From contig JAFOFE010000034.1 of NCBI GenBank assembly GCA_017387475.1, forward strand, positions 1-56,546: 56,546 bases of DNA, written 5' to 3'. Below, piece by piece: positions 18,381-27,600 of this stretch. Position 1 is the stretch's first letter. Every line of letters starts with the position of its first letter. A program made the translations under genes and the position numbers. Source of the DNA: Clostridia bacterium (lineage in GTDB: Bacteria; Bacillota; Clostridia; Oscillospirales; Acutalibacteraceae). The notes beneath the pieces are model-generated. The model was not told where the DNA came from and searched no databases. It worked only from the letters and a program-made list of their open reading frames with translations.

Positions 18381-19279
18381 TGGAAAAACTAGTACTTATC
18401 TGCGAAACTAATTTCGATAGATTAGATGCTTTCGTAGCCGAAAATACCGATATTTCCCGTTCTCGTGCTGTTAAGCTTATCGAAACAGGTGATATTACTG
18501 TAAACGGTAGTTCGGTTAATAAAAAAGCTTCCCTAAAGGTAGGCGATAGGGTAGAGATTTTAGTGCCCGATGCTGTACCACTTGAAGCCAAAGCAGAAGA
18601 TATACCACTTGATATTCTTTATGAAGATAGTTTCCTTTTGGTTGTGAACAAGCCAAAGGGAATGGTGGTTCATCCTGCTGCAGGCAATTTCGATGGAACG
18701 CTTGTAAATGCGCTTTTATCCCACTGCAAAGGCTCGCTTTCGGGCATCGGTGGCGTAATGCGACCCGGTATTATCCACAGAATAGATAAAAACACTTCAG
18801 GTCTATTAATGGTGGCAAAAAACGATAATTCGCATCAGCATCTGGCAGCGCAAATTAAGGAACATTCCTTTGTCCGTGAATATGAAGCTGTTGTGTATGG
18901 TAACGTTAAGAATGACGAAGGAGTGATTAACGCTCCCATAGGTCGCCACCCTGTAAAACGCAAACAAATGGCTGTTACCGATAAAAATTCAAAAGAAGCC
19001 GTTACTCATTATACCGTTATACAAAGATATAACGGCTTTACCCATGTAAGATGTCGCCTGGAAACAGGTCGTACACATCAAATTAGGGTTCATATGGCTT
19101 ATATCGGACATCCTTTGGCAGGGGACGATGTTTACGGGCCTAAAAAAGTTATTAAAGAACTTGAAGGTCAATGTCTGCACGCTAAAAAGCTCGGCTTCAT
19201 TCATCCAAACGGACAATATTTAGAGTTTGAATCTGAACTTCCTAGCTACTTTAAAAGCTTTTTGGCAAAATTAAAATAG
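18380..19279 (+). CDS. rluD: RluD/RluA-family 23S rRNA pseudouridine synthase
   Basis: N-terminal S4 domain. HRIDKNTSGLLMVAKN catalytic Asp motif; GRTHQIRVH. Confidence 0.9.
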   Translation: MEKLVLICETNFDRLDAFVAENTDISRSRAVKLIETGDITVNGSSVNKKASLKVGDRVEILVPDAVPLEAKAEDIPLDILYEDSFLLVVNKPKGMVVHPAAGNFDGTLVNALLSHCKGSLSGIGGVMRPGIIHRIDKNTSGLLMVAKNDNSHQHLAAQIKEHSFVREYEAVVYGNVKNDEGVINAPIGRHPVKRKQMAVTDKNSKEAVTHYTVIQRYNGFTHVRCRLETGRTHQIRVHMAYIGHPLAGDDVYGPKKVIKELEGQCLHAKKLGFIHPNGQYLEFESELPSYFKSFLAKLK

Positions 19280-19333
19280 AAAATTTTCAGCAATGCTGAT
19301 AATATATAACTTCCAAGGAGAGAAGGAGAAAAA

Positions 19334-20173
19334 ATGGAACAAAACAAGAAAAAGCAACTAGAACTAACTGCGCTTAAGGTTAGAAGAGGAATCGTAGATT
19401 CCATTCATGCTGCAAAAGCAGGACATCCGGGTGGTTCTTTATCAATTGCAGATCTGCTTACATATCTGTATTTCGATAAAATGAATGTAGATCCTAAAAA
19501 TCCCAAAATGGCAGACCGCGACAGATTAGTTCTTTCAAAAGGACATGCAGCACCTGCACTTTATTCTGTACTCGCACATAAGGGTTTTTTCCCCACAGAA
19601 GAACTTATCACCCTTCGTAAAACAGGCTCACGCCTTCAAGGACATCCCGATATGAAAAACATCCCCGGTGTAGATATGTCTTCCGGCTCTTTAGGTCAGG
19701 GCATTTCTTGCGCTGTTGGTATGGCTCTTTCTGCTAAACATTTTGGCGATAGCTACCGTGTTTACGCTATCCTTGGCGATGGCGAATGCGAAGAAGGTCA
19801 GGTTTGGGAAGCTGCAATGTTTGCAGGCAATAAGGGACTTTCTAACCTTACCGCTTTTGTAGATTTCAACGGCCTTCAAATCGACGGTTCTGTTGAAGAA
19901 GTTAACTCTCCGGCTCCACTCGATAAGAAGTTTGAAGCTTTCGGTTGGAATGTAATTGTTATCGATGGACACAATTTCGATGAAATTGAAGCTGCTACTT
20001 TAGCTGCCGAAAAGGTAACCGATAAGCCTACTGCTATTATTATGAATACCACAAAAGGTAAGGGTGTTTCCTTTATGGAAAACAAGTGTGGCTGGCACGG
20101 TAAAGCGCCTGGCGACGAAGATTACGAAAAAGCAGTAGCTGAACTCGATGCTGCTCTTGCAGCGCTTGCATAA
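19334..20173 (+). CDS. Transketolase, N-terminal (TPP-binding) subunit
   Basis: GHPGGSLS, LSKGHAAPALY, GDGECEEGQVWEA. The split form is common in Clostridia. Confidence 0.92.
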   Translation: MEQNKKKQLELTALKVRRGIVDSIHAAKAGHPGGSLSIADLLTYLYFDKMNVDPKNPKMADRDRLVLSKGHAAPALYSVLAHKGFFPTEELITLRKTGSRLQGHPDMKNIPGVDMSSGSLGQGISCAVGMALSAKHFGDSYRVYAILGDGECEEGQVWEAAMFAGNKGLSNLTAFVDFNGLQIDGSVEEVNSPAPLDKKFEAFGWNVIVIDGHNFDEIEAATLAAEKVTDKPTAIIMNTTKGKGVSFMENKCGWHGKAPGDEDYEKAVAELDAALAALA

Positions 20174-20187
20174 GGAGGGTTAATATA

Positions 20188-21135
20188 ATGGCTGATGTAA
20201 AGAAAATTGCTACAAGAGATTCTTATGGCGAAGCTCTTGTTGAATTAGGTAAAGAACGCGACGATTTTATAGTAATGGATGCCGACCTTGCCGAAGCTAC
20301 CAAAACAGGTGCTTTTAAAAAGGTTTTCCCCCAAAGATTTTACGACTGTGGTATTGCCGAAGGTAATATGATTAGCATCGCTGCAGGTATTGCTGCAACA
20401 GGTAAAAAGGTGTTTGCAAGCTCTTTTGCTATGTTTGCTGCAGGCAGAGCGTTCGAACAAATCAGAAACTCGGTTGCTTATCCACATTTAAACGTGGTTA
20501 TCGGTGCAACCCACGCTGGTATTTCTGTTGGTGAAGACGGCGCTACTCACCAGTGCTGCGAAGATATCGCAATTATGCGTAGCATCCCTGGTATGACAAT
20601 CATTAACCCTGCAGACCATATCGAAGCAAAAATGGCTGTAAAGGCTGCAATTAACCACGACGGTCCTGTTTATTTAAGACTTGGTCGTCTTGCAGTTCCT
20701 GTTGTTTTCGATGAAGATTATTCCTTCGAAATCGGCAAGGGCGTAGAACTTAAAGAAGGTACAGATGTAACCATTATTGCAACAGGTCTTATGGTTGCAG
20801 AAGCTTTAGAAGCTTACGAAATCTTAAAAGCAGAAGGTATTTCTGCTCGCGTTATCAATATAGCAACAATTAAACCACTCGATACCGAAATTGTGCTTAA
20901 GGCTGCTAAAGAAACAGGCGCAATTGTTACTGCAGAAGAACACAACGTTATTGGTGGTCTTGGTTCTGCTGTTTCTGAATACCTTTCCGAAAACTATCCT
21001 ACAACCGTTGTTAAACTTGGTGTGAACGATACTTTCGGTATGTCAGGTCCTGCAAACGAATTGCTCGATAAATTCGGTCTTCGTGCTAAAGACATTGCTG
21101 AAAAAGCAAAACAAGCTATAGCAAAAAAAGCATAA
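20188..21135 (+). CDS. Transketolase, C-terminal (pyrimidine-binding) subunit
   Basis: RFYDCGIAEGNM, GEDGATHQ, TIKPLD. Confidence 0.92.
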   Translation: MADVKKIATRDSYGEALVELGKERDDFIVMDADLAEATKTGAFKKVFPQRFYDCGIAEGNMISIAAGIAATGKKVFASSFAMFAAGRAFEQIRNSVAYPHLNVVIGATHAGISVGEDGATHQCCEDIAIMRSIPGMTIINPADHIEAKMAVKAAINHDGPVYLRLGRLAVPVVFDEDYSFEIGKGVELKEGTDVTIIATGLMVAEALEAYEILKAEGISARVINIATIKPLDTEIVLKAAKETGAIVTAEEHNVIGGLGSAVSEYLSENYPTTVVKLGVNDTFGMSGPANELLDKFGLRAKDIAEKAKQAIAKKA

Positions 21136-21145
21136 TAATATAAAG

Positions 21146-21188
21146 AAAAAGCAACTTTTTTGTAATTAAAAAAGTTGCTTTTATTTTT
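21146..21188 (+). terminator. Rho-independent terminator after transketolase
   Basis: 15-bp stem aaaaagcaacttttt(t) / aaaaaagttgctttt, loop gtaatt, T-tract. Confidence 0.75.
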
Positions 21189-21233
21189 TGTCCGTGTTAT
21201 AAAGGAATTAAATTAACACAAAGGGGTAAATGT

Positions 21234-22922
21234 ATGGAAAAGTTATACTTTTTAGCAGATTACGGTATTTTGGAAGATACAGATAAAGATTATACAAAAG
21301 AACTTCAAGAACTGTTTGACAAATTACCAAACGGTGCTGTTGTTCAGTTTAAAAAGGGCAATTATAATATTTTTGGAACTATTGAAGTTAATAATAAAAA
21401 AGATATACAAATACTAGGTAATTGTGCAACCATAACGGCATTTTTTGACCCCACAGGTCCAATTAAAAATAATAACAATGTGTTTAATTTTTCAGGTTGC
21501 TCTAACGTTATAGTTCAAGGCTTTTTCTTTACCACAAATAATAATATCGGCGCAACTGGCGAAGTTGTTGCCATAGATAAAGAAAATAGTAGCTGCGACC
21601 TTTTGTTTTCTGACGAATTTAAGTGGACGGGTTTTGAACATATAGTAGGCACTAACTCTTTTAATGAAAAGGGTTCGCCCGATTATGCAATTGCCACCTA
21701 TGATCATAATCTGGTAGAAGAAGCCTACCAAGACAAAACTCGCCTTGTAGGCAGAGATTACGAAGTTTTAGCTCCAAACCTAATTAGACTTAAAGGAATA
21801 TATTCAGGCGACCCCATTAATAAACTTAAAATAGGGCATAAAATGAACATCAGATACGAAATATACGGCACTTCTGTATTTAATTTCATTTCTTGCCATA
21901 ATGTACTGTTAAAGGATATTGTTATCCATTCTGCTGCATCATTCGGCGCAACAGTAAGACCTAGAAGCAGCAACTTTACTTTTGACAACTTCTCTATGCG
22001 CCTGCCAAATGGCACCGAAAGGGTATTCTGCGCAAATGCCGACGGTGTTCATATATTAGGCCTTATGGGCAAGCTAATCTTTAAGAATTGCAATATCGAA
22101 GGACTAGGGGATGACACCCTAAACATTCACGGAATAGCAGCAAAAACCGAAAATTTAGACACAGAAAACAGAACATTATTTGCTGCATACGCCAGAAATA
22201 AAGAAAGGCCTTTGCCTGATTTTTGGGCTTGTGAAGGGGATATTATACATGTTTACGACCCCAAAACCTTTCTAAAAAAGGCAGAATTTACGGTGGAAAC
22301 CATAGATAAAAACTACAATATTCGCTATAAAAACCTAATTGGTAACATAGAAAACGATGACGTTTTATCCAATTCTGTCTACTATGCATCTGTGCATATT
22401 GACGGATGTACCCTTAAAAACACACGCGCAAGAGGCCTTCTAATACAGTCTCAAAACGTGCTTATAGAGAACAGTTATATATACGGAATGTCCCTTCCTG
22501 CCATGCTTTTTGCCCCTGATATTAGGGTCTGGTACGAGGTTGGACCTGTACAAAATGTTGAAATTCGGAACAATGTAATTGAGTATTGTGCACATACTCA
22601 TTATGGCGCAAATGTGGGTGCAATTGTCTTTAAATCTTGCCACGATGTAGGTGGAAACGACTATCCTTCAGGGGTGCATAGCAACATAAATATCCACGAT
22701 AATTTGTTTATAGATTGCGCTAACAGCGCTATATTTGTGTCTGCTGCAGACCACGTAAAAATTCAAAATAATAGGTTCAAAAACTGCTGTTTTGACCCAC
22801 AAAATAAGGAACTTTCTTATGCCAATTATGACATAGTTACCATCAATTGTACCGATATTTTAGTGTCTGGAAACACATCAGACAGGGCAGGCGACACAAT
22901 ACACATAAATTTGACCGAATAA
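21234..22922 (+). CDS. Right-handed parallel beta-helix glycoside hydrolase-like protein (GH110-like?), no signal peptide
   Basis: 562 aa. Repeated ~23-aa rungs (NVLLKDIVIHS, NVLIENSYIYG, NVEIRNNVIEY, NINIHDNLFID, VKIQNNRFKNC). Acidic residues on consecutive rungs (ANADG … GDD, 23 residues apart). No N-terminal hydrophobic signal. Confidence 0.6.
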   Translation: MEKLYFLADYGILEDTDKDYTKELQELFDKLPNGAVVQFKKGNYNIFGTIEVNNKKDIQILGNCATITAFFDPTGPIKNNNNVFNFSGCSNVIVQGFFFTTNNNIGATGEVVAIDKENSSCDLLFSDEFKWTGFEHIVGTNSFNEKGSPDYAIATYDHNLVEEAYQDKTRLVGRDYEVLAPNLIRLKGIYSGDPINKLKIGHKMNIRYEIYGTSVFNFISCHNVLLKDIVIHSAASFGATVRPRSSNFTFDNFSMRLPNGTERVFCANADGVHILGLMGKLIFKNCNIEGLGDDTLNIHGIAAKTENLDTENRTLFAAYARNKERPLPDFWACEGDIIHVYDPKTFLKKAEFTVETIDKNYNIRYKNLIGNIENDDVLSNSVYYASVHIDGCTLKNTRARGLLIQSQNVLIENSYIYGMSLPAMLFAPDIRVWYEVGPVQNVEIRNNVIEYCAHTHYGANVGAIVFKSCHDVGGNDYPSGVHSNINIHDNLFIDCANSAIFVSAADHVKIQNNRFKNCCFDPQNKELSYANYDIVTINCTDILVSGNTSDRAGDTIHINLTE

Positions 22923-22947
22923 TTGTACAATATGCATAAAAAAATAG

Positions 22948-23004
22948 CAAAAATATGGAAAAGACGTCAAAAAGTGTGGAGTATAGTTACAAAAATACGG
23001 AAAA
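22948..23004 (+). promoter_or_regulatory. Three phased direct repeats CAAAAA-N2-3-TGGA upstream of the GH16 / giant-protein genes
   Basis: caaaaatatggaaaa (22948), caaaaagtgtgga (22968) and caaaaatacggaaaa (22990), spaced 20 and 22 nt. They are followed by an extended -10-like tgtgttacaat (23029-23039, with tacaat at 23034-23039). Confidence 0.3.
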
Positions 23005-23138
23005 TTTTTACTAGTTTTTTTAGCTAAAGTGTGTTACAATACTTTAAAATAGTGCGATTATTTTTATTTTTTAAATAATAAATAATATATACGCACCAAA
23101 ATTTTAGAATAATTTTGTTTAAGTAAAGGAGAAAAATT

Positions 23139-24608
23139 ATGAACCAATTCAAGCGCATTCTAACTTTGGTTTTGGTTGTGATTTTTGCACTGGCTTGTGT
23201 CGGCTGTACAGGATCACAAGGTGGTTCCAATACTACTGGCGCATCAGAGCATCGTCCTCCGTACGTTGACGAATCTGCAGTAGAAGTTGTCGATTACGAA
23301 GACAACGACCATCTCTTCGACTACAAAACCGAAAAGTGGGACGGACCTGAAGGTTATACCATCGTCGTTCCACAAGGCAACTCCGAAGCTATGAATTCTG
23401 CGAAGTACTTACAAAAGTATTTCAAAGATGCATTTGGTGTAAGCCTTGCTATCGCTACCGATGCTACCGAAGTTCAAGATAAAGAAATCTTAATCGGTAA
23501 AACCAATCGCGAAGCTAGCAACACCACAATGGCAGAAGCTGAAATGAAGGTTTCGCTCAAAGGCAAGACACTTGTCTTCGACGGTGGACACGACGTAACA
23601 GTCGATTCTGCTGTTAAAAAGTTTACTCGTGTTACCACAAATGTAAACGAAGCTGCAACCTTCAGCCTTACAACCGATTTCGAATCTACCCTCGACAACA
23701 AGTACGAAGGTCAGTACGCTGGCTACAAGTACGTTTGGGGTGAAGAATTCGAAGGCGAAGGCATCGGCTCCTCTTGGTTCCAGCTCATAGCTAAAATGGC
23801 AGGAAGCGATAAAGCAGAAGTTTCCAAAGAAAAGAACGTTGTAGACGTTAACGAAGGTCGTTTAAAGCTCCACGCTCTTTCTTACTTCAACAACAACCGT
23901 GAAGGTACCGAATATCGTATTCCTTGCTCACCTGTAACACACGAAACAATGAACTTCAAATACGGCTATGCTGAAATCCGTGCAAAAGTTCCATACAAGC
24001 CCGGTTGCTTCCCATCTTGGTGGACACAGTCAACTGCTGGTGTTTGTGGCTACAGAACTGAACACGTAATGTTCGAAGTTGATATTTTCGAAATCTTCCG
24101 TACTTGGGAAAAGACACCTAACATCATCTCTTGGTACGAAGCAGATTTCAACTATGCAGGAAAATATCCTAACTGTCCTGAAATGAAGCGTCTTAACATT
24201 AAGGCTAAACCAGGCGAACACGTTTCTCTTTGCGACCAGTGGGTTGGTTCTAACCAACAGTCTTACCATTGGGAAGAAAGAGATGAACTCAACAACGAAT
24301 ATCATACATACGGTTACGAGTGGACACCCACCGAAATCAATATGACAATCGACGGTAAAGTTCACGCTGTTTACGACATTTCCAAGTCAAGAGATTCTAA
24401 CCCTTCTACATCTCACTATCACGATCCTCAGGGATTCATCTTCAACAACCATATCTTCTTAGAAGGTGTATCACTTGCTTGCGTATCTGTTGCTAAGCAT
24501 CCTAAGTCATTACCAAGTGAATACTATGTAGACTGGATTAGACTTTATCAAAAAGACGACAATGGCAGCAAAATTTATTTTGATGACCAGCGCGATTATT
24601 TAAGTTAA
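23139..24608 (+). CDS. Lipoprotein with a C-terminal GH16 glycoside hydrolase domain (beta-glucanase/laminarinase-like)
   Basis: Signal plus Cys region LVLVVIFALACVGCTGS. GH16 catalytic signature EVDIFE (ExDxxE) within a beta-jelly-roll-like region. The ~170-aa N-terminal domain is unassigned. Confidence 0.8.
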   Translation: MNQFKRILTLVLVVIFALACVGCTGSQGGSNTTGASEHRPPYVDESAVEVVDYEDNDHLFDYKTEKWDGPEGYTIVVPQGNSEAMNSAKYLQKYFKDAFGVSLAIATDATEVQDKEILIGKTNREASNTTMAEAEMKVSLKGKTLVFDGGHDVTVDSAVKKFTRVTTNVNEAATFSLTTDFESTLDNKYEGQYAGYKYVWGEEFEGEGIGSSWFQLIAKMAGSDKAEVSKEKNVVDVNEGRLKLHALSYFNNNREGTEYRIPCSPVTHETMNFKYGYAEIRAKVPYKPGCFPSWWTQSTAGVCGYRTEHVMFEVDIFEIFRTWEKTPNIISWYEADFNYAGKYPNCPEMKRLNIKAKPGEHVSLCDQWVGSNQQSYHWEERDELNNEYHTYGYEWTPTEINMTIDGKVHAVYDISKSRDSNPSTSHYHDPQGFIFNNHIFLEGVSLACVSVAKHPKSLPSEYYVDWIRLYQKDDNGSKIYFDDQRDYLS

Positions 24609-24625
24609 GGAGGGAATAAGGTAAA

Positions 24626-27600
24626 ATGTTATCTTTCGTAAATATGTTCAAGAAAAATAACTTCGGCCGTTCAGTGCTATCTGTAATTCTTGCAGTAGCG
24701 GTTCTTTGTTCAACCTTATCAATGGTAGCCTTAATTCCTACCTTTGCTGAATACGAAGTTTGGGACGGTACAACTCAAACTGCCCCTGTCGATTCCGATA
24801 GCGACGGCGTTTATGAAATTACTAATGCCGACGAACTTGCTTATGTTGTTTATAACGACGGTACAATCAATGGAACAGCTGCTTGCTCTTTCATCCTTAC
24901 CGACGATATTTACATCAACGATCCTAGCAAGGTAAATTGGACCACCGGTGAAGCTATTGGTAGCTACACCATCAATTCTTGGTTCCGTTATTGGAAATAT
25001 GGCAATACCTATAGTAACTTCTCTGGTACTATCGATGGTGATGGCCATACCGTTTACGGTTTATATTTCAAAAATACAACCCAAGGCGCTACCCAGTACG
25101 ATGCAGCAGCTCTTATCCCTGGTGCAACAGGAAATGTAGTTATTGAAAACCTTGGCGTTGACAATGCTTACGTTAACTATACCAACGGTGTTTCTGCATT
25201 TGTAGGTTACGCTACAAACGATACAGTTCTTAACATCAGCAACAGCTTTGCCGGTGCAAATGTTACACTTATCGGTAACGATGCAGGTGTATTCCGTGCA
25301 GTAGCAAGAAACAATGTAGACTGCGTTTTAGAAAACTGCTATTCTCTTGCAACTACTACTGGTACAAAAACTTATGGTCTTATCGGCTTTAACTGGGATA
25401 ACACCAAGTTCACATTCAAGAACTGCTACAATGCAACAGGTCCTTTAAACTTTGGTGGTGGCCCAGGTTGGTACTGCGTATCTCAAAACAGCTATGCTAT
25501 TTCCGATAGCACAGATGCTGGCGGTGGAAACTGGTTATGGGATGGCGTTACCGTTATTACTGCTGATAAAATGCAGGGTCAAGACGTATTCACCGACGCT
25601 GCTAAAATGCCTAACTTAAATCTCGACGGCGTGTACGAAGCAACCGATACATATCCCGTTCTTAAGATTTTCGTAAAAGCAGTAGTTCCTGCTCCCGTTG
25701 TTGAAGTTTGGGACGGTACAACTCAAACTGCCCCTGTCGATTCCGATAGCGACGGCGTTTATGAAATCACTAATGCCGAAGAACTTGCTTACGTTGTTTA
25801 TAACGACGGTACAATCAATGGCAACGCAGCTTGCTCATTCATCCTTACTAACGATATTTATATTAATGATATCAATAAGGTAAACTGGGCAACCGGTGAA
25901 GCTATTGGTAGCTACACCATCAATTCTTGGTTCCGTTACTGGAAATATGGCAACACTTATAGTAGCTTCGCAGGTACTATCGATGGTGATGGCCACATTG
26001 TTTACGGTTTATACTTCAAGAATACCGAACAAGGCAAAACACAGTACGATGCTGCAGCGCTTATTCCTGGCGTAAAAGGCACAGCTGTTATTAAAAACCT
26101 TGGCGTTGACAATGCATACGTTAACTATTCTAACGGCGCATCTGCTTTCGTAGGTTACGCTTTAACCGATTCTACTGTTAACATCAGCAACAGCTTTGCA
26201 GGCGCAAACGTTACAATTATTGGTAACGATGCAGGTGTATTCCGTGCAGTAGCAAGAGACAATATCAATTGCGTTTTAGAAAACTGCTATTCTCTTGCAA
26301 ATACAGTTGGTTCTGCTACCTATGGTCTTATCGGATTCAACTGGGAAAAAAATAGCAAGTTCACATTCAAGAACTGCTACAACGCAAATGGTCCTTTAAA
26401 CTTTGGTGGTGGTCCCGGTTGGTACTGCGTATCCGAAAACAGTTACGCAACAGCTGATAGCATAAATGCAGGTGGCGGCAACTGGTTAGGCGACGGTGTT
26501 ACTGTTATCACTGCTGATAACATGAAGGGTCAAGATGTATTCTCAAATACAGCTAAAATGCCCAACTTAAACACAAACGATGTGTATGAAGCTACCTCTG
26601 GTTATCCTATTCTTAAGTTGTTCAAACAAGCCGCAGGTAATGAACCCGGCGACGACAATACCGAAGTCGATATTTGGGACGGTACAACCACAACTGCTCC
26701 TGCCGGCAACGGTACACAAGCTTCTCCTTACTTAATTACTAACGGTGCAGAACTCGCTTACATCATTTCTAATGGTGGTGGCGCAGACACCTATTATAAA
26801 TTAACAGCAGATATTTACCTTAACGATATCGCTAAAATCGATTGGGCAACAGGTAATGCTATTGCAGAATATACTCCTAACACTTGGTACGATAACGTAG
26901 CTTTCCAAGGTAATATCGACGGTGACGGACACGTAGTTTATGGTCTTTACTTCAAAACACCTTCTTCTACAAGCTGGTCTATCTGGGGTAACGGTCTTGT
27001 TCCTAAGGTTGCCGTTGGCGCAAGCGTATCTATCACCAAACTTGGTGTAGATAAGTCTTATATTTCTGGTAAACACGGCGTTTCTGCTTTCGTTGGTTGC
27101 GCTGGCGATAACATCAGCACATCTGATCGTGCAAACGTTACTATCGACCAATGCTATGTTGGTGCTAATGTAACCTTAAAGGGTCACGATGTAGGTGCTT
27201 TCCGTGGTACAACCAGAAACTCTAACACTACAATTAAAAATTCTTACTCTCTTGCAACTATCATTGCAAACGGTTCCTACGGTCTTGTTGGTAGTATGTG
27301 GACAGTAAGCCTTGATATTGATAACTGCTACATTGTAGGCGCAGGCGTAACAACTGACGTTTGGTCTGCAGGCGTTTCCAATATCTACGCTACACAAGAA
27401 GACAAATACACAGGCGAAGTTGAAGTACTCACTGCCGAAAATATGAAGGGCACTTCTGCTTTAACTAATATGCCTAACCTCAATACAGACGACGTATTTG
27501 TTGCTACAGATTCTTATCCTGTACTTAAGGTATTCGTTAAGGAACAAGATCCTGGCGAAAATCCTGATCCTGGCGAAGATCCAGACCCAGGCGAAACACC

